NCBI RefSeq assembly: GCF_006345805.1
Contig: NC_042998.1
Coordinates: 156,116,001 to 156,180,000, forward strand
Reading direction: 5' to 3'
DNA length: 64,000 nucleotides
Origin: Octopus sinensis
Taxonomy: Eukaryota
In this document: piece by piece, positions 50,293 to 62,502 of the stretch
How the letters are laid out: each line of letters opens with the position of its first letter
How positions within the stretch are numbered: position 1 is the first letter of the stretch
Made by a program: the position numbers and the translations under genes
Notes under the pieces: model-generated
Seen by the model: only the letters and a program-made list of their open reading frames with translations
Databases searched by the model: none
What the model was told of the DNA's origin: nothing

Positions 50293-53209
50293 ATCAATCA
50301 TGGAGGAGTTGCTATGTACATCCGTGAGGACCTCACACCCCAGGTCCTCTTGTCATACTCAAACTCGGTGTGTGACACACTAATTGTACATATAAGGCAA
50401 CTTGATGTAGTTGTGTGTGCTACATATCGCCCTCCAGATGCCCCAAGCCATGTGGGCAAGTTTGAAGACTGCCTTATAAAAATAGAAGAAGTTCTAATCA
50501 CATTAGAACAACACATAAGTGTACTTCTTATGGGAGACTTCAATCTACCCAATGTCAGATGGCCAGAGGGCCTTTCTCTCCCAGGAATGACAAGATGTGA
50601 ACGAGGACAGGCGAGGTCCCTCCTGAACCTCATCAACACCCTGTACATGGAGCAAGTAATACTCCAACCAACCAGGGCAGGTAACACACTGGATCTCTGC
50701 TTCACAAATGACATGGATCTCATCCATAATGTGAAAGTGACACCGACACTACTCTCGGATCACAACATGGTAGAGCTGACCATGTACGGGCCAAAAGAAA
50801 GCACGGACATGCAGCCTACAAGAAACCCTCAGAATCTTTCCAGCTTGAACTACCATAAGGCAAACTGGAAACAAATTGAGAAAGAGATCCTCAAACAAAA
50901 CTGGCCTAAACGTCTCTCCTCGCCAGACATCGACGTGAAACTTCAACAATTCATGTCTGTAATGCAAGCCATATGCTACAAATGTGTCCCAGAGAGAAAG
51001 GCCACTGTACACAAGAACAAAATCCCCAGAGAGAGGAAAATTTTAATGAGACGGCGTACAAAAATTTCAAATCGCCTAAACAAACAGATTGAAAGCAGTG
51101 AAAAGTCCCGCCTAAAAATAAAACTGTTAGAAATTGAAAAATGTCTGCAACTCTCCCATGAAAAGGAAAGAGCAGACAAAGAAGCCTGGGCTATAGACAA
51201 CATAAAATCTAACCCCAGAGCTTTCTACAGGTATGCCAAAGAAACAGCTACGGTGCACTGTAGAATAGGGCCACTCCTTGAAAAGGATGGCACACTTACA
51301 GGAAAACCAATGAGGGTAAGTGAAATACTGAATGAGCAATTCAAGAGTGTTTTCACTCCACCCCTTGGGCATCTCCAAATCACCAATCCAACTGACTTCT
51401 TTACCACTGCAGATATAAAATCAGAGGCGGCGACGATAGATTACATCGATATAAAGGAAGACGATGTAATCAAGGCTATAGATGAAATGAAAACAGACTC
51501 AGCTACTGGCCCCGATGGATTCCCGGCAATCCTCCTAAAAGCATGTAAGAGAGTCCTAGCAAGACCACTGCAGTTCCTCTTTCAGAGCTTCCTTGCAGCT
51601 GGCAAACTTCCAAGAAAACTGAAGGAAGGTAAAATATGCCCCATTCATAAAGGAGGTAGCAGAGCGGAGGCCAAGAACTAAAGACCTATCTCTCTGACCT
51701 CACACATCAGCAAGGTCATGGAACGAATAGTCAGAAGGAAACTGATCACCTTCCTTGAAGAAAATGACTTGCTGCCCGACACCCAACATGGTTTCCGACC
51801 AGGGAGAAGCTGTTTTACTCAGCTCCTACAACACTATGACTGGGTGCTGAAACGGCTGCTCAACCACTCAAATGTGGAAGTGATATATCTCGACTTTGCA
51901 AAGGCCTTTGATAAAGTCGATCATGGAATGATATGTCACAAACTGCGTGATCTCAACATAGTTGGAAAACTGGGAGAATGGCTTCATGACTTTCTGAAAG
52001 ATAGAAGTCAGGCGGTAGTAGCCAATGGGGCCACTTCCATTAACACGCAAATAGTGAGCGGTGTTCCGCAGGGAACTGTTCTGGGACCACTACTGTTCAT
52101 AATGGCCCTCTCAGACATGCCCTCAGCCACGCAGAGAGCCACGATCACAAGTTATGCAGATGATACAAAAGTTTCACAGGCAATACAGAACCCTGAGGAC
52201 ACTAAACGCCTGCAATGTGAGCTGGACAAAATATACAAGTGGGCTGAAAAAAATAGCATGCAGTTCAATGCTGAAAAGTTTCAAGCTTTATACTATCAGC
52301 ATGCAAAACTAAATGCAATACCCAATGAATACACTGGACCCGGAGGAATAGCAATCCCAGAGGCACAATCAGTGCGTGACCTGGGTATTTACATGAGTGA
52401 TGACGCCACCTTTCATGTACATGTTGCTAAATTGGCAATGAAATGTAGACGACTGGCCGGATGGATTCTCAGAACCTTTAGAACAAGAGAACAAGAAACC
52501 ATGATGGTCCTCTGGAGGACACTTGTCCTAAGCCACTTTGACTATTGCTCTCAGTTATGGTCACCATCCAGTGTCAAGTTGATCACGGAGCTCGAGGCGA
52601 TCCAGCGTAGCTACACGAAGAAGATAGCCTCTATGCAGAATGTAAGCTACTGGGAAAGACTCAAGGGATTAAAACTATATTCCTTAGAGCGTAGGCGGGA
52701 AAGATAAGCCATAATATACATCTGGAAGATCCTGGAGGGACGTGTCCCAAACTTTGGCATCGAGAGTTACACAAATGCCAGAACTGGGCGCCACTGCGTG
52801 GTGCCTAGGACTCCAAATTTGCCATCAAGATGTAGGACAAGATACTGTGATAGCCTGGGCTTCCGAGGCCCACAGCTCTTCAATATCCTCCCGAAGAACC
52901 TGAGAGACCTGCATGGGGTGGATGCAGATGTCTTTAAAATGAAACTGGATCTCTTCCTGTCGGGTGTCCCAGATGAACCAACTTCACGGCAGGAGGTGCA
53001 GATGAGGGCAGCTGCATCGAACTCTCTCATACACCAAATGGCAGTTGCTAAAAAGCTTTTGTGAAGTAAAACCATGTAGCAACACCAAATGGCAGTTGCT
53101 AAAAAGCTTTCGTGAAGTAAAACCAAGTAGCAACACCAAATGGTGGTGCCCCAGCATGGCCACAGCTCATGAGCTGAAACTAGAATCAATCAATCAATCA
53201 ATCAATCAT
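50293..53209 (+). mobile_element. 5'-truncated CR1/L2-group LINE (APE endonuclease + RT)
   Basis: HGGVAMYI, YRPP, MGDFN, TLDLCF, SDH; GPDG, N*RPISLTS, QHGFR, YLDFAKAFDKVDH, SGVPQGTVLGP, SYADDTK; (TCAA)n tail; ATCAATCAT at both ends. Confidence 0.96.
50299..53064 (+). pseudogene. LINE ORF2 (endonuclease-RT) in one frame with two in-frame TAA stops
   Basis: ORFs starting at 50260, 51718 and 52798 share one frame; stops at 51679-51681 and 52705-52707. Confidence 0.93.
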
Positions 53210-54538
53210 AAATATCTGGCAGTAACAACGGAAAGGTCTGCTTCAAGGCAGACAGCAAAACACTAACATTTAAAAGGGACAGACGATCTTGCGAGCTGAA
53301 TAAAAATAATAAAATATTGGAAACCAAAGTTTGAAGGGATAGAATCTGAGGATAGTAGAGTCACCATGGCTGGCATTTCTTAACGACGGACAGCAACGTT
53401 TTGACAGTTTAACGGCTGGCGTAAAATTTTGAACTTGATGTAAAAGAAAATTCGTAAACACCAAGTTTTGAAGTGATTCTTTCTCACGACAGTAGACGCA
53501 CCATGGCAAGCATTCAAAACTTCTTCATCATGGACGGCAACACATTGACGATTGAAAGGCTCGCGCAAATTTTTTAGCTTGATGTAACAGAGAATTCCTA
53601 AACACCCGCTCCTTTAAATTTTAATCCCCTTCCAGCCCCATTTAGACCCCTTTTCACATTTTGGTTAATATAACCCGATTTCATTCGGGTCTACTGGGGC
53701 CACATTTTATAAGATGAGGAATTTTGTCCTAGAGGTCACGCGTTTCGTTTGAGGAAAAAAAATAGTTGTCATGCAAACTTGCCAGCACTTTTAACATAGG
53801 TCTGCATATTTTCAGCTCAAGCGACCACATAATGCACACATTATACATATATATATATATGTATATATATATGTGTGTGTGTGTGTGTTGGAGTCTCTCT
53901 CATACGTGAGCGTTGACGCTGAATTCGACTGGTAAGCAGGTAACGTTGTCTTTGTTGAAATAGTTGTGAGGTGCTGGAGTTATTTGTCTGACGAGTAATA
54001 GGAATTTCCATATCCTCCGAGGAAACGAACTGTTGACCCAGACAATTAGAATTAATTTTAATAAAAGCATCAATTTAAGAAAAAATAATAAAGTAGTAAA
54101 AAATGAAAATTTAGCACCAAATATTTGCAGGGTTCTAAATAAATGCTAAAATGTAATAGATACGAAAAACCTACGTTATATTTGTTGTCATGATTGTATG
54201 TTGGTGGTGGCGATGGTAATTCTCTCTATGAATGCAGACAGATACATAAAAGAATGCCGAAGTGATGGGAAGGTAGGAAATAGAGTGAGTGAAAAAGTGC
54301 TGGGAAGAGAGGAAATAGCGAGAGTGAGTTGAGGAAGACAAATACATTAAAGAACGGGAGTGGACTTGTCAAAATGGGTTTTTGGCCCTAGCAACGACAC
54401 CTTTTAAGATTTCTAAGGTAGACCACGGGCATCGTCACCTCATTTTACATGTCCCTGTAAATTTTGGAGTGAATCCGACGGGATGCAGTGGCCTTGGAAG
54501 CGATCCAAGCGGTAAAAACGCAATTCAGTTATATATAT

Positions 54539-54615
<77 letters not shown>

Positions 54616-54616
54616 A

Positions 54617-54757
54617 ACTCCTACTAGATGTGCCGACGATACAAAAGTAGCACAAGCAGTCAAAGAACATCTCGACATTAATCTACCGAAAGATTTAGTA
54701 GCCATATATGAATTCGTTGAAGAAAATTTCAAGGCCTCCACTATCAGCTAGCTTGTG

Positions 54758-54760
<3 letters not shown>
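54617..54760 (+). mobile_element. Tiny LINE RT fragment within (TA)n
   Basis: TRCADDTKVAQAVKEH..DLVAIYEFVEEN resembles SYADDTKVSQAIQN..ELDKIYKWAEKN of the adjacent LINE. Confidence 0.6.
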
Positions 54761-54797
<37 letters not shown>

Positions 54798-55754
54798 CTC
54801 TAACATTGACCCACCAGCCCATCATAACTCTTATAATTTCTTTTCGAAATTTTCTTTATGATCTGTGAGCTAATCTCTTGTCTCTTTTAACTACTGGTTG
54901 GGACTCTGAAGTAGTAACTTGGGTTCAGGCTGGTTTGATGCTTTCATTCTTTATCGGCAGTAGTTAAGTAAGCCACATTCCTCTCCCTGTATTTTCTTTC
55001 AGCATGTGACTCTGCTATTTTTCACTGGAACCACTTTTGCTATCTTTGCTTCAGAGCCAACGCTTCAAAAAAAAAATTCTATTCCCTCATTGACAATGAA
55101 GCACTACAAAAAGGTATCTGATAACGCTAAATACATGGAGCAGACAAAATCCTGTGGTATTCCTCAGAAGTTAAACTCTGACGTTTCGTTATCTGACGTG
55201 CATAATTTCTAAATCTATTGAGTAGGTAATTTCCAACCTTGATATTTATAGAGTTACTAGCAGTAACACCCATCGTTGATCGGGTAATTACTTTTACTCT
55301 TTCTCGGGAGCCACATTCGAAGTGTTATTATATATTTACTCCTCCTGCATGTGTGCATTTTATAAGAAAAAAAAAAGTAATAGTTGAAGTAGAAAAAAAT
55401 ATCAATTTCATTCACGAACTTCTGTTAGTTTATTATATGACAATGATAAGTGAGTTGTATGTGTTATTTTATATATTAATACAGTAAAGGCAATTATATA
55501 ATACACAAGGCTTTGGTCGGCATGGAGCTGTAATGAAAGAGAATTGCCCAACGACCGCATAGTGAGACTGAACCCATGATGACATAGTTGGAAAGCAAGC
55601 TTCTCAACCACATATCCACGCCTATAAAGGAGAGATGCATTTTGGATTATATACACCTTGATACAATATGCTTAGATGGGATGTTTACGGCGAGAAGACC
55701 TTTGATTTTAATATTTACTCGAGAAATGCAACACCTTAACAACACTACATCTTA

Positions 55755-56222
55755 CAGGGTGTTCCAGAATTAACTATCTGTTTCAATGAAATTAAGCAAA
55801 TTTTTAAAAACTGACAGAATTTTATTACCAAAACAATTAGATTTATAAATCTTACGTCAAACTTTTATTGAAAATTTTCAACATATCTGTATCCCTGCTT
55901 ACTTCAAATCTCCTCTTAGCGTGGTGAAACATATTTTGAAACATTTCCGGAGTTAACTCCTGCACTACTAACTGAATGTGTTCTTGAAGCTCACCTAAAT
56001 GATTGGTCCATCTTGGGGATGGTAAAGTAAATGATTGCTGCCAAATTGAAAAAATCAGTCATGGACAAATAAGAGGAGTCCAACAGGAATGAAAATAACA
56101 TTATAAACAAAATTCAAAATTTATACACTTTTAACACTTTAACATGATAAACATAAATAAAAGTGAGTTTTACAAAATGCATCTGATTTCACTCAAATAA
56201 TCATTAATTCTGGGATACCCTG
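55755..56222. mobile_element. Tc1/mariner-type MITE
   Basis: TA|CAGGGTGTTCCAGAATTAA...TTAATTCTGGGATACCCTG|TA. Confidence 0.85.
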
Positions 56223-56236
56223 TATTTACTCATCCG

Positions 56237-57010
56237 ACTAAACAGAGGAGGGAACACAGGGTTGGGGGACTAATTGCAGTTGGCGAGCGTAGCTTCCGAA
56301 AGTGGTCACGCGGTCAAACTCAAATGGCTGTGAGTCACAACAGCAATTTTTTTTTGTATGAGCATTTTGCATTATATAGTTCAGACATGGATGACATAGA
56401 AAACAGACATGCTGCCAGGCCATGCTGCGTTGCGCAAGATTGGAAACATCAACAGGGCACTTCTGGAGAATGGATGAATGAGTTTGTTGTGCCTTTACTC
56501 AACCGCGCACACACGCACATAGCCCGGTGAAGCACCAACAGGGCGCCGACAAAAATTTTAATGTTCTTCTCATTTCCTCTGCCTGAACAAAAAGGTTTTC
56601 ATGAAATATTATATACTATTCATAATGCATTAGTAGTGTAAAATATTAAATTCTCGGTAAATGGCCTAAAATAAAGATAAAACCCAAATCAAATCTGATT
56701 AATCTGCATTTTTGAGGGCGTCGAAAACCTTTTTAGTCAACAGCAATTCGAGGAGCCTGATTAATGTTTGTTGCAAATTTGGAGGAAAGCGACTGGATAC
56801 TATTCAAGTTACGCTGCAAAAATGCTTCAAAGATGCGGTTTATCTGTTCTTGGGCCCGCATTAGGCAAGAAGTCGAAAAGTCTTTTGCTCCATGACACTC
56901 CATGGACCCTATGGAATGCATGTGTAAAATTTCATTAAAATCGGTTGGGTGGATCTCAAGTTTTAACGACAGGACAATCACACAGACAGACACACATCCA
57001 GTGTTTCATA
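56237..57010 (+). mobile_element. Non-autonomous Helitron-like element
   Basis: The 3' 160 bp match 1830-1990 and end at (TA)n; the 5' boundary is a guess. Confidence 0.45.
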
Positions 57011-57011
57011 T

Positions 57012-57106
<95 letters not shown>

Positions 57107-57137
57107 CACATGATATTCCTATCAATTTGTACAAGTT

Positions 57138-57358
57138 AAGGCAGCGAGCTGGCAGAATCGTTTGCAAACCGGGCAAAATTCTTATCTGCATTTCGTCTGT
57201 CTTTACGTTCTGAGTTCAAATTCCGTTCAAGTCGACTTTACCTATTATTCTCTCGGGGTCGATAAAATATGTACTAGTTGAGTACTGGGGTCAGTGTAAT
57301 CGACGTAACCACTCTCAGAGATTACTGGTTTTGTGCCAAAATTTTGAATCCATTATTT
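57138..57358 (+). mobile_element. tRNA-derived SINE family C (Nin/Deu-like core)
   Basis: TGGCAGAATCG, GAGTTCAAATTCC, gtcgactttacc...cggggtcgataaaat.tgtac. Related copies at 62420-62635 (+), 63790-63920 (-), 24110-24310 (-) and 24745-24812 (+, head only). Confidence 0.8.
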
Positions 57359-57369
57359 TGCAAAAGTAC

Positions 57370-58850
57370 TGTTCTGAACTTTATTCTGTCCTCTCTAACA
57401 AATACTAAACAATCTCTCTCCCTTCCTTGACTGCTAGAAAATTGTCTCTGTTGTCTTCGTTTCCAAAAACTCTGTGAAACGATGTGATACGCGATCTACT
57501 GCCCAGTGAGCGTTCTTCCTATACTAAGCAAGATGTCTGCGTCTTTGAACCGGTTTTTGCTTTGGACCTTGATCATTCTGTCTATTTCCTGACAAACTCT
57601 ACGGTTTCCGTACTTTGTACTCTACATTTGATTATAATAATTGAATGGTTCTGCCGTGCTTTAGATAATTGTGATGATGCAAGCATTGTTGCTCTTGACA
57701 TATCGAAAACATTTGACAATTATGTCATGCTGATCTTCTTCCTAAGTTTAAGTTGCATGGAATTTTTTAAGGATTCTTAAGATTCTTCAATCTATTTCTA
57801 TGAATTTAATATTAAAATTGTTTTAAATGGCCACGGTATTTTTACTTATTCCATCTCAGCTGATCTTTCCCAGGGCTTCCTAATCAGACTTTGTTAATTT
57901 TTTTTTTATTAATGATTTTCTGGATGACATAATGTGTAATCTTGCTATTTTTGCTGATGACACTTCTTTGCAATCTTGCTTGAATTAGAAATCGGATTTG
58001 CTTGTTTGGGTAGCAATGGTTGGTTATTTTTAACTTAACCTATTTTCGGTGACTGGTTGGAGTGTTCAGTAGTTGATTACCTTAACTCTGCAAAAACTAA
58101 ACTTCTTTTAATTAATAATCACAAGAAATCTCTAATATTCACATTTCTATATATGATATTGTTCTTCCTCGTTCTTCTACTCTTCGTTTTTAAAACTCAC
58201 TATTTCTAAAGATCTTACATGGAATGATTGTATTAGATCTATTGCTAGATCAGCCGATATGAAGTTTGATTCCCGATATGGAGCTCATCAGTATCTTTCC
58301 TTCGAATATATTTTTCATCTTTATAAGTCTGTTATTCCCCCATATAATGGAATTCTGCTGTTTCATCTGGACTGGTGCTTCTACTGGTATCTATTCCCTT
58401 CTTGACTAAATTTAAACGCGAGGCATTATTCTGGCAGCTAAACTTTAACCATTCTCCTATCGCCGGGACATTCGGACGATGCTTCTTAATTTTTATAAAT
58501 ATTTTCATGATCGTTGTTCTGTGGCACATTTTTTTTTCTGTTGTTATTATGTCACTAATCGAGTGACACGCCTTACTCTGAATTCTCATATGTTTACTGT
58601 TGCTGTAGCCAGTTATAAGAGAGGTTCTACTTTACTATTTTCATTCTGGGAATATCTATCATGCGGAACTGTTTTCCTAGTATTTTTGATTCTTTGATGT
58701 ATGATAGTATTAATTCTTCGAAATCTTGTGTTAACCGTTTTATGATTCACATTAGATCGTTTTTTAAATTTATTTTCTAACTAATTAAGTGGCAGTTGGA
58801 AGTCAGTTTTCGTGCTGCTTATTTGCTGCCTTCTTGGTGTAGCTTCCAAT
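57370..58850 (+). mobile_element. Decayed CR1/jockey-like LINE RT and 3' region
   Basis: SIVALDISKTFD, a PQGS-like motif (57866), LAIFADDTSL (57941-57970). Confidence 0.75.
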
Positions 58851-59559
58851 TAAAATGTTGTGCATGTTGAACATACATAAGCATGTTTCCAAATATAAAC
58901 GCAAGGAATTATTCAACATGGTAGATACATATATTTGCGCTTTTTATACAGCTGTATACGTGTGTAACTTGAGTATAAATACAACAATGACCGTTAAAGG
59001 ATAAGCAGGCCGAAATTTCGAAGTCACTGCCAACACTATACTTGTTAAAAAATGATAATAAATGTATTCTATAAAAAGTATTGAGTAAGTTAAATGTAAA
59101 ATTGTTTTTATTATCACTCAACATGAAAACAGGTATTATTTACCTCCCACTTAAAGTGGACGTTGTGTTAGAAGCAGAATACTCCGTTATTTACCACGAG
59201 AAGACTTCTCATATAGACATGTAGTGCATAAAAGCACTTGTGTTTATATCGCTGGTGAGCAAGAACCATCCGCTACGGCTTCTGAAACTGGCAGATCACG
59301 TGATTTAGGCCTCCCTAAATGTCCGGCTAGACATAGCAACCGATTCTCCGTCAGTGTTGTATATAGAATCTCAGTGCCTAATCAGGCACTGATGTTGCAA
59401 ATAGCCAGAGGGTTTATTAAAAATGATTAATAACAAAAGGTAATATTTATCTCTCAAAGTAGCGGGCATGGTTATATGGTTAGAAGTTTGCATTCCAACC
59501 ACATGGTTCGGCTCAGTTTCACTGTTTGGCTCCTTGGCCAAGTGTCTTCTGTTATAGCC

Positions 59560-60142
59560 CTGTAATGTAGTTCATGGATTCACTGAAGATGCGTTTACTG
59601 TGAAAAACTTCACAGCCTGGAAAAGTAGGGGCTGGAAAAGGACATTTTGACAGGGAGCAAATATCAGTGTTCCTATTCGTGGTGATCATGAGCTTTCAGC
59701 TTGAGATGGGAGGCAAACAATTGAAAAGAGCAGACATCGACGACAATGCACCCGATCTGCATTAATCCAAGGAACATAGCTGGCTCTGAAATCATTGGAA
59801 AAGATAGCCTCTTGGTCGCGTGGGAAACTCAGTTTAGTAAAATCTCGAAGCCTTTGACAAATGACATCTTCAGAATCCAAGTGTCTGTCAACAACCAAAG
59901 AAGCGAGAATCCTATACATTAGGAAGAACTTTTGTTGTTTATAAATGAGAGAGAGAGAGAGAGAGAGAGGTAGAGAAAGATAGAGAGTAAGAGAAAGCGA
60001 GGGAGAGTCCGAGAGAAATGAAGAGTAAGAGAGTGGGAAAGTGAGAGAGAAAGGTGAGAGAAACAAAGAGGGAGAATGTGGTGATAAAAAGCAGAAAGGA
60101 AGCGACAGAAAGTAACAACCACACTCTTACCGTAAGCTAGTC
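59560..60142 (-). mobile_element. Second copy (5' part) of the Helitron-like element at 49741
   Basis: Minus strand actagc..ggtaagagtgtggttgttact...ctcggactctccctcgc...ataaacaacaaaag matches 49741-50260 without the SINE insert. The left boundary is approximate. Confidence 0.7.
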
Positions 60143-60281
60143 TTATATATATATATATATATATACATGCACATAAATATCGGTTGGCTCTGATGAGCGT
60201 AAAGTTATATGATCGGATTGTAATATTTACGTAACACTGATCAAGATGGATATTTAATACTATAGACTTTGGATAATACAC

Positions 60282-60312
<31 letters not shown>

Positions 60313-60370
60313 TACACACACACACAAACACACACACAAACACACACACAAACACACACACACACACACA

Positions 60371-60419
<49 letters not shown>

Positions 60420-60930
60420 CTATTAATATTTGTATGTATGCTATGTATACATGTATGTATATGTGTGTGTATAAAATTACATTATAGAAGAGTAATGGTA
60501 AATATTTTCTTTAAGGCACATATACTATTATATTTATTTTTGTTCTATTTTGTGAGAGTATTCATTATCTGGTCAATGACACTATTCAACTTGTGTATAT
60601 TTGTATGTGAGCTTGTGTATGGGTATATTTGGAAAAACATGTAAGTATCTGTGTGTATATATGTCTGTGCATGTTTATGTTTGTGCATATGTGTGTGTGT
60701 GTGTAATATATAAATATATATATATAGTTATATACGTGTTTGTACAAATACACACACATACATACACACACGCACGCACGCACACACAAACACACACATA
60801 CACATATACATGTGCTTACGCAAAGTAAAATTTTAAATACGACACAACTATAGTGCCGTGTGCTGTTGCACACACGCACGCACGCACACACAAACACACA
60901 CGCACACACACGCACGCACGCACGCACACA

Positions 60931-60968
<38 letters not shown>

Positions 60969-61292
60969 ATATACATGTGCTTACGCAAAGTAAAATTTTA
61001 AATACGACACAACTATAGTGCCGTGTGCTATTGCGAATCCACTTTCTTACAAATCCTAACACATGTCTCGGTCAGACAGTGAATCAGCAGTTTGACAGGA
61101 TCTATTTCTGGCCGTCTAGCCTAGAACATTCACCAGTTAAAGAGAGAGGCAGCTGGCTTGTTGCTTATCATGTAGCTAGTATGACTACAAGTAGGCAGGC
61201 AGACATTTGCGATTTGTTTACGTATAACAATGGAATGTACAATATTATATCAAAAGTAGTTGCACGTACGCAGTGTCGATATTACACACACA

Positions 61293-61411
<119 letters not shown>

Positions 61412-61617
61412 TTATCAATCTATCCGCGTGTGCGCGCGTGCGAGTATGTGCGTATACATATATTTATATACAAACATATATGCACTCACGCATAAATACA
61501 TGTATATATATATGTACATGTATGTACACGCACATTCTTTGTGTCTCTTTCTCCCCCCCTCTATCTATCTATCTATCTATCATCCATCCATCCATCCATC
61601 CATCCATCCATCCATCC

Positions 61618-61659
<42 letters not shown>

Positions 61660-61660
61660 A

Positions 61661-61699
<39 letters not shown>

Positions 61700-61846
61700 T
61701 TAAGTCACAATATATGGATTCAAAGTAACCCGGTAGTACTCATAAAAATATCTCCTTAATATTTGAATTTTCTTATTGATAATAAAATTTCATCAAACTA
61801 TTTCTCTCTCTTCTCTTATTCAATGTTTTTTTTCTCTCGTTATGAT

Positions 61847-61920
61847 ATGTGGTTTGTGCCTGAAGAATATGCTTGAGATATTTCTCAACATATGAAACTA
61901 TTAGAAGCTCTTAAAGACAT
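61847..61920 (+). ncRNA. Hammerhead-like motif, probably inactivated
   Basis: CTGAAGA(61860)-ATATGcTTGAGA tatt TCTCAACATAT-GAAA(61894)-CTATTAG; the expected U16.1 is A and helix I is imperfect. Confidence 0.55.
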
Positions 61921-62502
61921 GCATTGTTTGATTCCCGATATGAAGCTTTTAAAAAAAGTAATGCGTTTATATAAATGTATATGTGTGTGTATTTGAGTCT
62001 GTGTGTGCGCGCATGTGGATGTGGATGTGTTCGCCGAACATAAAGCAATAGGCATTGTTATATATAAATTGACTTGTCTGCATACGTCAAGGATTTATAT
62101 TTTATTAATCTCACAACCTGGAACAGTCACGTCGCCATCAATATAAAGGGAGGGTAATCAAGATTCGAACTCAAAACAGTGCTTTCATGCTTCTCATTCC
62201 GCTGCACAGTATCGGTCTACCTAATTTCATTCTCACGGTTTCATTCCATCAAACACTATATTAGAAGAAACATGAGCAATAGTGTCATCAAAGTCTGAAC
62301 TGAACTTTTTAACACACAGTCATATCTGCACACTCTTCACTCAACAGGCACAGAAACACAAACATACACATGCACAAATGCACACATATCAGCAATTAAG
62401 CTACTTTACACCATGGTTACATGGGGTAACGACAAACACGTTGAACAAAATGCTTAGAGACACTTGTTCTGGCTCTTGATGTTCTAAGTTCAAATCATGC
62501 CG

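Larger units (their letters stand above)
49741..54530 (+). mobile_element. Non-autonomous Helitron-like element hosting a SINE and a LINE
   Basis: Starts ACTAG after (TA)n with a sub-terminal hairpin ACCCGC..GCGGGT (49755-49773). Its 5' part recurs, uninterrupted, on the minus strand at 59925-60142. Ends aaattttggagtgaatccgac...ttatata. The 3' boundary is inferred. Confidence 0.55.
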
